A DNA stretch of 64,000 nt from an uncultured Gammaproteobacteria bacterium (GTDB lineage: Bacteria > Patescibacteriota > Microgenomatia > UBA1406 > HO2-37-13b): contig CAYPSA010000007.1 of assembly GCA_964413645.1 (NCBI GenBank), positions 3,621 through 67,620 of the forward strand, read 5' to 3'. This document shows positions 1 to 7,319 of this stretch, one piece after another. Under the pieces are notes generated by a model. That model was given only the letters and a program-made list of their open reading frames with translations, was not told the DNA's origin and did not search any database. Numbering within the stretch: position 1 is the stretch's first letter; the number at the start of each line of letters is the position of its first letter. Both the position numbers and the translations under genes were made by a program.

Positions 1-519
1 CCGACGACTGGTTCCATTATAGTCGATGGTCAAGACATTACCGACAAAAAATTCAACGATATGGTAAAACTCCGTCGGAAAATTGGAATGGTGTTTCAGG
101 ATTTTAAGGTGCTAACAAATCATAATGTTTTTGAAAATATTGCACTTGGCTTAAAAGTAACCGGAGTTTCTGATAAAAAAATAAAAGAGAGCGTCGATGA
201 GTTACTAAATCTTGTAGGAATCGAAGAAAAAAAATTCATGTTCCCCCTTCAGCTGTCTGCCGGAGAATTACAACGCGTCGCAATAGCTCGATCAATAATT
301 GGAGATCGTACAATTTTGCTTGCCGATGAACCTACTGGAAACTTAGATCCAAAAACAACATGGGATATTATGAAACTATTTAAAAAGCTTGAAAAAAAGC
401 GAACCATTATTATCGCCACACACAATGCAGAAATTGTTAATAGCTTCAAAAAACGTGTCATCACCCTTACTGATGGAAAGATTATTAAAGACCAACGCGG
501 AGGAGGATATCATTTATGA
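1..519 (+). CDS. ftsE: Cell-division ABC transporter ATP-binding protein FtsE (5' end outside window)
   Basis: Frame 1 is open from base 1. It carries the ABC signature LSAGELQRVAIARS and Walker B ILLADEPTGNLD. An ATGA overlap joins it to the downstream ftsX-like gene. Confidence 0.88.
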   Translation, partial: PTTGSIIVDGQDITDKKFNDMVKLRRKIGMVFQDFKVLTNHNVFENIALGLKVTGVSDKKIKESVDELLNLVGIEEKKFMFPLQLSAGELQRVAIARSIIGDRTILLADEPTGNLDPKTTWDIMKLFKKLEKKRTIIIATHNAEIVNSFKKRVITLTDGKIIKDQRGGGYHL

Positions 520-1412
520 ACTCATTCATACAATCAATTAAACGAACCCCCTACCAGTCGCTTGCCTCATTCATGATTTTATTCTTTACCTTATTTATGG
601 CGCTATTTTTTTTCACACTTACATCATTCTTCTCGAGTTTATTAAGCTACGTCGAAACTCGTCCACAAGTAACGGTATATTTCGAATCAACAACACAGAT
701 TGATCAAATTAATCGATTAAAAGAAGCAATTATGCAATCGCAAAAAGCAGATTCAATCAAATATGTTTCACGCGAAGAAGCCTTGAAAATTTATCGAAGT
801 TCCATAAGTCGAGATGAACCACAATTACAGGAACTTGTATCGGCAGAAACACTTCCTGCTTCACTTGAAATTAGTGCAAAAAAACCTGAGTATTTGAAAG
901 AGATTGCAACATTCTTACAAAAGCAGCCAGGCGTTGACGAAGTCGTCTTCCAAAAAAATATCGTCGATCGATTACATACACTTACAAATGTATTAAGAGG
1001 AGTTTCGAGTGGTATTTTTGGATTCTTAATGTTTACGTCAATTATCGTTTTAATTACAACAACAGCATTTAAAATTGCACTTAAAAAAGATGAAATTGAA
1101 TTGCTTGATCTTTTGGGAGCTTCTAAATTCTACATTCGAAAACCATTTTTAAAAGAAGGTGTCTTTTTTGGACTCATTAGTGGAACACTGGCATTCGCAA
1201 CCTTTTTTGGAACTTTTTTCGCACTCAAACCATTCTTGAGCTCATACCTAGGTAGTATTCCCAACTTGTCATTTTATGGACTAACGCATTTACAACTTAC
1301 CGTATGGCCACCAAGCCTATTTTTCATTATCCTTTCATACATATTGACCGTAGCATTCGGCATGATCATTGGACTCGTTGGAAACTACTTCGCCACGAGT
1401 AAATATATTTAA
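516..1412 (+). CDS. ftsX: FtsX-like cell-division permease
   Basis: The layout is N-terminal TM, periplasmic domain, then 3 C-terminal TMs. It is translationally coupled to ftsE. Confidence 0.8.
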   Translation: MNSFIQSIKRTPYQSLASFMILFFTLFMALFFFTLTSFFSSLLSYVETRPQVTVYFESTTQIDQINRLKEAIMQSQKADSIKYVSREEALKIYRSSISRDEPQLQELVSAETLPASLEISAKKPEYLKEIATFLQKQPGVDEVVFQKNIVDRLHTLTNVLRGVSSGIFGFLMFTSIIVLITTTAFKIALKKDEIELLDLLGASKFYIRKPFLKEGVFFGLISGTLAFATFFGTFFALKPFLSSYLGSIPNLSFYGLTHLQLTVWPPSLFFIILSYILTVAFGMIIGLVGNYFATSKYI

Positions 1413-1442
1413 AAACCCCAAGCTAAAATCCAACCTAAAATC

Positions 1443-1465
1443 CAACCTCTTAGGTTGCCAGTGCG
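1443..1465. repeat. REP-like hairpin unit (CAACCT-CTT-AGGTTG plus tail CCAGTGCG), inverted relative to the copy at 2259-2281
   Basis: Read directly from the sequence. Its reverse complement matches 2259-2281 at 22/23 positions. Confidence 0.8.
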
Positions 1466-1558
1466 TAATGAATCCCGCAGGTTGCTAAATATTTGCTATA
1501 ATGCTTTTTTTAGACTTATAGGAAGCTCTAAACTGCTCATTTAGGGACTTATAGACCG

Positions 1559-1587
1559 TAGACATTCCAACCTACTTATGCCATAGT
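1559..1587 (+). promoter_or_regulatory. Sigma70-like promoter TAGACA-17-CATAGT, 6 nt upstream of ATG 1594
   Basis: Hexamers and spacing were read from the sequence. The -35 box lies inside a 43-nt element that is repeated at 36715-36757. Confidence 0.45.
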
Positions 1588-1593
1588 ACGCGC

Positions 1594-2238
1594 ATGTCGT
1601 ACAACCAACGTGAATTTATAACAGGTAAGTATTATCACGTTTTCAATAAAACCGCCGATAATAAAACTCCTTTTCTTGATAATACAAAATGTAGTATGTT
1701 TCTACTAACTTCTTATTATTACCGCGCGTCTGACTTAAAAACGAGTTTTTCAAAATGGAAGCAATTTAATAATTCACAGAAAAACAAAATCAAAGAGCAA
1801 CTTCAAAATTCTAATAACTTCAGAGTCGATATTATTTCTTATTGTCTTATGCCAAATCACTTTCATTTTGTCCTTAAGCAAATCAGCGACCATGGAATTC
1901 ATGATTTTATTTCGAATGTTACCAATTCGTTTAAGCGCGCCTACAACATTGAAAATAATCGATTAGGAGCCCTTTTTCTACATCGTTTTCACGATGTCCC
2001 AATTATTTCTAGCGAACAACTTCTCACCGTTTCCCGATATGTTCATCGAAATCCAATAGCTCACAAAGTCAATTTCTCCGAATCCTTTCGCTCGTATCCA
2101 TGGAGCTCATATAAAGATTACTTGGAAATTAGCCCCGATCCGCTCAATCTAACAAATACCAAGCCAGTATTGAGTTATTTTAATAGCTCAAAAAGTTATC
2201 AAAAATTTGTCGAAGATGATTTTATATATGACGAATAG
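1594..2238 (+). CDS. IS200/RAYT-type Y1 (HUH) transposase-like protein
   Basis: HUH motif in CLMPNHFHFVLKQ. Catalytic-Tyr region SRYVHRNPIAHK. Length 214 aa. Confidence 0.7.
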   Translation: MSYNQREFITGKYYHVFNKTADNKTPFLDNTKCSMFLLTSYYYRASDLKTSFSKWKQFNNSQKNKIKEQLQNSNNFRVDIISYCLMPNHFHFVLKQISDHGIHDFISNVTNSFKRAYNIENNRLGALFLHRFHDVPIISSEQLLTVSRYVHRNPIAHKVNFSESFRSYPWSSYKDYLEISPDPLNLTNTKPVLSYFNSSKSYQKFVEDDFIYDE

Positions 2239-3553
2239 TCAACCTAAGAGGTTGCCCCCGCACTGTCAACCTAAGAGGTTGAACTTTTTATTTCTTTTCC
2301 TCCTACTCTTTCTTTTCCCTAACCCCGCTCATGCTGTCACAACGACCATTATCCAGACACCCGCATCCATTTCAAATACACTTTTTTCAATATCTGTAAC
2401 AATTACCGGAGCTAAAGCAGGAAAAAATTACCTGAGAGCAGACATATTTAAAGAAGGATCCACCGAGTATGCCGGAGAAACCCACAACGGACAAGAATGG
2501 TACAGTGACGAAGATGGTACCAAATACGCACCAATCGATATTATAAGCTCAGAAACGCAACTCGCCACACTATCTGCTCGACTCACAACCATTCCAACAA
2601 CCTGGAGCTCAGAAAATTCCTTTTTCCTCCGCATTCGTCGCTATACCGCTTCTGGTAGCTATACAAGCTCCGAAGCAGATGCAAGTGCAATACCAATATC
2701 AATACAATTCCCTACTAATACACCTAGTCCGCCTCCGACAAATACCCCCTCACCAATTCCCACACCTACGACAGAAGTAATAATTGACAATATTTTCATT
2801 ACCGAAGCATTTACCACGCCAGAATCGGGTCAACAAGAATGGGTGGAACTCTACAATAATAACGACTTCGCCGTTACGCTCGATTCATGGCTGATTGACG
2901 ATACGCAAAACGCAGGAAGCAATCCGCAAACTTTCTCACTCTCAATCAATGCAAAATCGTACGCTACAATCGACATGCAATCCACTATCTTCAATAATGA
3001 AGGTGACTCAGTACGACTTCTTGATGATAAAAAACAACAAAAAGATCATTTCACCTATTCCCAAACACAACAGGGAAAAAGTATTTCGCGAAACGCACTC
3101 AATTCACACGATGTCTGTATCACACAAACGACTAAGAACGAATCTAATACCCCATGCATTCCTCTTTCCTCAAGCACAATAAACACCATTAGTCCCACAC
3201 CATATGAATTAGTCTATGAAAGTGGGAATGACGACGCGAACGTTTTAGGCATTAAATCAGAAATTACAGAAAACCTGAATAAAATCAGTCCAACCGCATC
3301 CATTACTTCCTTTCAAGGAATCGGACATGATTACAATAATATCCAACCGTCAGACTATCAAGACGAGCCAATCCGATCCGCACAATTTCAACCCACCATA
3401 TTCCAGCGACCTATATGGACTGGTCTTATCAGAACCGGAACAGCCAGTGCGGCAGGTATTTCCATACTGAATATTATGTTTATTTTATATAGAATGAATT
3501 TATGGCGTCCTCATTTTCGATCAAAAATATTTTCCTTTACTGGCTTCCCCTAG
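2228..3553 (+). CDS. Secreted/anchored lamin-tail-domain (LTD) protein
   Basis: Signal-like NFLFLFLLLFLFPNPAHA, PT-rich linker, LTD-like IFITEA..EWVELYN..GDSVRLLD, and a C-terminal TM. The start is ambiguous: ATG 2207 and 2228 read through the hairpin doublet, and TTG 2279 lies inside the second hairpin. Confidence 0.6.
   Translation: MTNSQPKRLPPHCQPKRLNFLFLFLLLFLFPNPAHAVTTTIIQTPASISNTLFSISVTITGAKAGKNYLRADIFKEGSTEYAGETHNGQEWYSDEDGTKYAPIDIISSETQLATLSARLTTIPTTWSSENSFFLRIRRYTASGSYTSSEADASAIPISIQFPTNTPSPPPTNTPSPIPTPTTEVIIDNIFITEAFTTPESGQQEWVELYNNNDFAVTLDSWLIDDTQNAGSNPQTFSLSINAKSYATIDMQSTIFNNEGDSVRLLDDKKQQKDHFTYSQTQQGKSISRNALNSHDVCITQTTKNESNTPCIPLSSSTINTISPTPYELVYESGNDDANVLGIKSEITENLNKISPTASITSFQGIGHDYNNIQPSDYQDEPIRSAQFQPTIFQRPIWTGLIRTGTASAAGISILNIMFILYRMNLWRPHFRSKIFSFTGFP
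2240..2281. repeat. REP-like hairpin doublet (15-nt hairpin, 12-nt spacer, 15-nt hairpin)
   Basis: Sequence caacctaagaggttg-cccccgcactgt-caacctaagaggttg. The same 42-nt architecture occurs at 25872-25913 and 30016-30057. Confidence 0.8.
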
Positions 3554-3906
3554 TCGCCTGGATGAGTGCGATTTTCTATTTCTCTTCACATCCTCACTTT
3601 ACACTTGTTCAACAATCCACCTTTGATTTTATGCTTTTTAAGAGCCTCCATATGATCGAATATGCATTTTTATATTATCTCTGGTTTCGTGCACTTTATA
3701 AAACAAACGCCATTCCAAAAACTCACATATTTCAAGTTGCTATACTTTTAACACTTCTCTATGCTATTTCTGACGAGTATCATCAAACACTTGTTCCTAC
3801 GAGGGAAGGTAAATTACGTGATGTTCTTATCGATTTTGCAGGGATTCTATTAATCTGGTACTATATAAAAAGTAACGTTCGTTTTGTTACTAAATACCTG
3901 TTATGA
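3502..3906 (+). CDS. VanZ-like family membrane protein
   Basis: Four TMs and the motif DEYHQTLVPTREGKLRDVLIDFAG, typical of VanZ-like proteins. Confidence 0.7.
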   Translation: MASSFSIKNIFLYWLPLVAWMSAIFYFSSHPHFTLVQQSTFDFMLFKSLHMIEYAFLYYLWFRALYKTNAIPKTHIFQVAILLTLLYAISDEYHQTLVPTREGKLRDVLIDFAGILLIWYYIKSNVRFVTKYLL

Positions 3907-4871
3907 AATCATTTTTACATCGCTTTTTTGTACCTTCACATCATAATAATTTTCGGGCACACGGACTACATATCAGTTCATTGACGGTATATCTTATTGG
4001 AGCAGTTGTTTTATCATTTTCATACTCCAGCAATGCGTTCCTTCCGGCCGGCTCCGTTTTAGGTATTGCAAATGACATTAATGTTGGCGCGCTCTATTCA
4101 TTAACAAATCAACAGCGAACAAACAGTGGACTTCCCGCACTAAACTTGAATGACCAGCTCTCGTCCGCCGCTGCTGGTAAATGTAGCAAAATGCTTGCAG
4201 ATAATTTTTGGGCGCATTATGCCCCCGATGGAACTACTCCATGGTTTTTCATAGGACAATCCGGCTACAAATATGAAACAGCCGGTGAGAATTTAGCAAA
4301 AGATTTTAACGATTCAAATAGCGTTGTAAACGCTTGGATGGCATCCCCTACGCACGCTGCAAATATTTTAAATGGAAAATATCAAGATGTCGGATTTGCG
4401 ACTTGTAACGGTTCACTTACTGGCTCAGAAACAACTATTGTCGTTCAAATGTTTGCAAAACCATCAGGAAGCACCGTCGCGACTTCATTCACGACTGCAG
4501 CGAGTGCCCAAGAACCTGCTCCGACCCGTCGTCCTGCTTTACCTACCGTACAACCAACGACAGAGCCTACTCCTGAGTCGACTGTAGTCGCTCAAGAAGA
4601 GTCCATCTCTCCTTCCCCCGCCACAATTGTTTCTGGTTTACAAGCATCAACTACCGCCAAACCAGGACTCGTTGCCGGCCTCATGCGTTCGCTGCCTAAA
4701 GCCGCAACATTCACACTCTTTGGAATGCTCCTTGCGACACTGTTACTCGACTTTTATTATGGTTACAAGCTTAAGACCTATCGAGTTGTCGGTAAACATC
4801 TGGCTCACTTTATTTTCGTCGCATTTATTCTGCTCAGCTTGCTAATCGCAGCAAATGGAGTAATATTATAA
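3903..4871 (+). CDS. CAP/SCP/PR1-like (YkwD-type) secreted protein with C-terminal TM anchor
   Basis: CAP motifs FWAHYAPDG, GENLAK and AWMASPTHAANIL. It has a PT-rich linker, C-terminal TMs, and an ATGA overlap with the upstream gene. Confidence 0.75.
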   Translation: MKSFLHRFFVPSHHNNFRAHGLHISSLTVYLIGAVVLSFSYSSNAFLPAGSVLGIANDINVGALYSLTNQQRTNSGLPALNLNDQLSSAAAGKCSKMLADNFWAHYAPDGTTPWFFIGQSGYKYETAGENLAKDFNDSNSVVNAWMASPTHAANILNGKYQDVGFATCNGSLTGSETTIVVQMFAKPSGSTVATSFTTAASAQEPAPTRRPALPTVQPTTEPTPESTVVAQEESISPSPATIVSGLQASTTAKPGLVAGLMRSLPKAATFTLFGMLLATLLLDFYYGYKLKTYRVVGKHLAHFIFVAFILLSLLIAANGVIL

Positions 4872-4886
4872 AAATGTTGTCATTTT

Positions 4887-4962
4887 TGTCATTTCGAAGG
4901 AGTGTTAGCGACTGAGAAATCTCAGCTATCCGAGATTTCTCGCCTAAAGGCTCGAAATGACA
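4887..4962. repeat. 76-nt nested-hairpin dispersed repeat (outer stem TGTCATTTCGA/TCGAAATGACA, inner stem GAGAAATCTC/GAGATTTCTC)
   Basis: Both stems are perfectly complementary. A copy of roughly 85% identity (by eye) lies at 47985-48059. Confidence 0.85.
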
Positions 4963-4970
4963 TAGTAAAC

Positions 4971-5225
4971 ATGAAAAAACAAGAACATCACGCCTGGTAT
5001 TTGGTACTTGCGAGCATAGCAGCTCTCTTGCTTAGCACGCTCTACGTTACCCGTGGAAACAATCAAGTGCAGTTCTACATTATTTCTCTTTTTGTGACTA
5101 TTTACATTATTTGGGGAATCCTACACCACATTATCGATAACAGCTTGCGTTTATCGGTGGTATTAGAGTATATTTTACTCAGCGCAACTGCGCTGTTTTT
5201 ATTGAAAACAGTGTTATTAAAGTAG
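4971..5225 (+). CDS. Small membrane protein (2-3 TM), unknown function
   Basis: ORF with hydrophobic segments. The longer 4902 start reads through the hairpin repeat, so ATG 4971 is preferred. Confidence 0.5.
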   Translation: MKKQEHHAWYLVLASIAALLLSTLYVTRGNNQVQFYIISLFVTIYIIWGILHHIIDNSLRLSVVLEYILLSATALFLLKTVLLK

Positions 5226-5231
5226 TATAAT
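5202..5231 (+). promoter_or_regulatory. Promoter TTGAAA-18-TATAAT, 6 nt upstream of ATG 5238
   Basis: Hexamers and spacing read from the sequence. Confidence 0.5.
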
Positions 5232-5237
5232 CAACAT

Positions 5238-5969
5238 ATGAAAGGCGTAATACTTGCGGGCGGACTTGCAACACGACTCTACCCATTAACCCATGCTACC
5301 AATAAGCACCTACTCCCTATTTACGACAAACCTATGGTGTTTTACCCTATCCAAACACTGGTAAATGCAGGAATCACCGAAATTCTTATTCTCACTTCAG
5401 GTCCATATGCCGGCCATTTTATACGCGTACTTGAAAATGGAAAAGAATTGGGAATCACCCATTTGGAATATGCATTTCAAGGAAATCCAAAAGGGGGAAT
5501 TTGTGACGCTATTATGTACGCCGAAGATTTTGCAAAGGACGAACCAATAACGGTCATTCTTGGTGATAACACAACCGACGCCGATATTTCTGGAGCTGTC
5601 AAAAACTTCCAATCCGGAGCTATGATGTTTCTTAAAGAAGTATCTGATCCACAACGCTTTGGAGTACCTGTTTTTGACCCAACAGACCCTAAAAAAATCA
5701 TTAAAGTCGAAGAAAAACCGGCAAATCCAAAATCTAATTACGCAAGCACGGGTCTATATATTTTCGACAATCGCTGCTTTGACTTTATCCGAACGCTTAA
5801 ACCTTCAGACAGAGGTGAGCTGGAAGTCCCCGATCTTCAAAACAAGTACATTGAACGTGGGGAAATGAAATGGGCAGAACTTGATGGATTTTGGTCCGAC
5901 GCCGGCACTTTTGAAAGCTTGTTTAGATCAAGCGCCTACTGGGCAAAAAAAGCAGGCGTGACAGGATGA
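5238..5969 (+). CDS. Sugar-phosphate nucleotidyltransferase (short RmlA/glucose-1-phosphate thymidylyltransferase-like)
   Basis: N-terminal MKGVILAGGLATRLYPLT..NKHLLPIYDKPM signature. Confidence 0.8.
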   Translation: MKGVILAGGLATRLYPLTHATNKHLLPIYDKPMVFYPIQTLVNAGITEILILTSGPYAGHFIRVLENGKELGITHLEYAFQGNPKGGICDAIMYAEDFAKDEPITVILGDNTTDADISGAVKNFQSGAMMFLKEVSDPQRFGVPVFDPTDPKKIIKVEEKPANPKSNYASTGLYIFDNRCFDFIRTLKPSDRGELEVPDLQNKYIERGEMKWAELDGFWSDAGTFESLFRSSAYWAKKAGVTG

Positions 5970-6760
5970 GAAGATTATTCTTCAAATACACATTCGGGCC
6001 ATTTATTATTAATATATTTATCGTTTTATTGCTCGTATTCCCCAGTCACACTTTTGCCTTGGAAGATGATAGAAATGATGATAAGTTCTATAAAGTCGTC
6101 CCAAAACTAATTTGTGAAATTCTCGAGCTACAAAACTGCAATATTAGTCAGCCTGATCAAAACCAAAATAATCCCACTCCGTATCCCACCGGTGGACAAC
6201 CTTTTCCCACATCTAATCCCCAAATTACACCCCCTTCTGGAAAATGTATGCCGCCCGGAGGAATAATTACCTGTGGAACAGAATTCGTTCCTATTAGAAA
6301 TTGCGCGCATTGTTCTGTAAAACAATATCCCCCAGGATTTAGAAAGCGATTTTGTACTCCTGGCAGTGGAAACGCGGAAGCCATTGACATTGCCCACAAG
6401 CCTCTTGATAGTGTACCGCTACCTTATATTAACGGACATACAATATTATGGACTCATACAATCGACAAATTTTATTCCGATGGAAGCGATCCATATGCCG
6501 CATATCAAGAATATGTAGGACTAGATCTAATAGATAAGATACAATATAGAGTAAGATATATTCATACCTTAAAAGGTTCCGGACCCCCGTTAGGGAAGCA
6601 AGCCGAATCTGGAACTGAAGGTGCAAAGGTATGCCAAAAATGGGTAACATATTCAAGTGGAACAGCTAAAGTTGCTACATGCAATCATGTGCATATACAA
6701 ATATTTAATGGGTTACTTGGTAAGTGGGTTCCTGCTACAGATTATTATTGTCGCCAGTAA
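5966..6760 (+). CDS. Secreted Cys-rich protein, unknown function
   Basis: N-terminal signal/TM, Pro-rich linker and about 10 Cys. It shows only a weak LytM-like pattern (AIDIA..YIH..HVHIQI) that lacks the first His. An ATGA overlap joins it to the upstream gene. Confidence 0.5.
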   Translation: MRRLFFKYTFGPFIINIFIVLLLVFPSHTFALEDDRNDDKFYKVVPKLICEILELQNCNISQPDQNQNNPTPYPTGGQPFPTSNPQITPPSGKCMPPGGIITCGTEFVPIRNCAHCSVKQYPPGFRKRFCTPGSGNAEAIDIAHKPLDSVPLPYINGHTILWTHTIDKFYSDGSDPYAAYQEYVGLDLIDKIQYRVRYIHTLKGSGPPLGKQAESGTEGAKVCQKWVTYSSGTAKVATCNHVHIQIFNGLLGKWVPATDYYCRQ

Positions 6761-6762
6761 TT

Positions 6763-7275
6763 ATGATTGAAAGAAAAAAACTTATTTTAATTGTTCTATT
6801 TGCAGCTATTGGATTACTATTCTTCATACTCGTCATTATTTCGGCATTTTCACACCCTGAAAATATTATCGATGAATCAAGAGTTACACCGACCGCAGGT
6901 CAACTAGTTATTCCCACTTCATCTTCTATTTCTATCCCAACTGCACTTCCAGAAGCAGAAGGTATCCAACTCATCACGACAAATCCTCCTGATCAGTCGC
7001 AAGATATTGACCCAATTATGCAAATATCTTTCTCGTTCTCAAGCCCTATGAATGAAAAGCGATTTTTCTATAAAACCACTCCAGCAACTCCCACATTTAT
7101 TCATACAAAAGAAAACGCTGTGGTTATTACACCTCAAACCACATGGTCCATAGGAGAAAATACCATTACTGTTTACGAGGCTTCTGAATCAACTGAGGGT
7201 ACAAAATTAAGCACGCCATTTCAATTTACATTTCAAGTTTCAGAACCCCCTGAACCAATTCCGGGTACTGAATAA
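6763..7275 (+). CDS. Membrane-anchored protein with Ig-like (SbsA/Big_5-like) ectodomain
   Basis: N-terminal TM MIERKKLILIVLFAAIGLLFF, then a beta-rich segment ITTNPPDQSQDIDP..ISFSFSSPM. Confidence 0.5.
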   Translation: MIERKKLILIVLFAAIGLLFFILVIISAFSHPENIIDESRVTPTAGQLVIPTSSSISIPTALPEAEGIQLITTNPPDQSQDIDPIMQISFSFSSPMNEKRFFYKTTPATPTFIHTKENAVVITPQTTWSIGENTITVYEASESTEGTKLSTPFQFTFQVSEPPEPIPGTE

Positions 7276-7280
7276 TACAT

Positions 7281-7310
7281 TTGACACCATCTTCACGATT
7301 GTTCTACAAT
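7281..7310 (+). promoter_or_regulatory. Near-consensus promoter TTGACA-18-TACAAT, 9 nt upstream of ATG 7320
   Basis: Hexamers and spacing read from the sequence. Confidence 0.55.
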
Positions 7311-7319
7311 GAACTTACC

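Larger units (their letters stand above)
1443..2281 (+). mobile_element. RAYT-like Y1 transposase gene bracketed by inverted REP-like hairpins
   Basis: The inverted 23-nt units at 1443-1465 and 2259-2281 flank ORF 1594-2238, which has HUH and Tyr motifs. Confidence 0.5.

Noticed and set aside
2207-2281. Long N-terminal extensions of ORFs that read through hairpin repeats (2207, 25901, 4902, 53875, 27211, 56893)
   Set aside because: The extensions translate repeat DNA (QPKRL/QPLRL, VSDEKSQLSEISRL). They precede obvious conserved N-termini that have their own -10 boxes 5-9 nt upstream. Only the 2228/2279 start of the LTD protein remains genuinely ambiguous.
5966-6760. Calling the secreted Cys-rich protein an M23/LytM peptidase
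   Set aside because: Only a loose pattern (AIDIA .. YIH .. HVHIQI) is present. The first zinc-ligand His of HxxxD is missing (AEAID), so the call is not supportable by eye.
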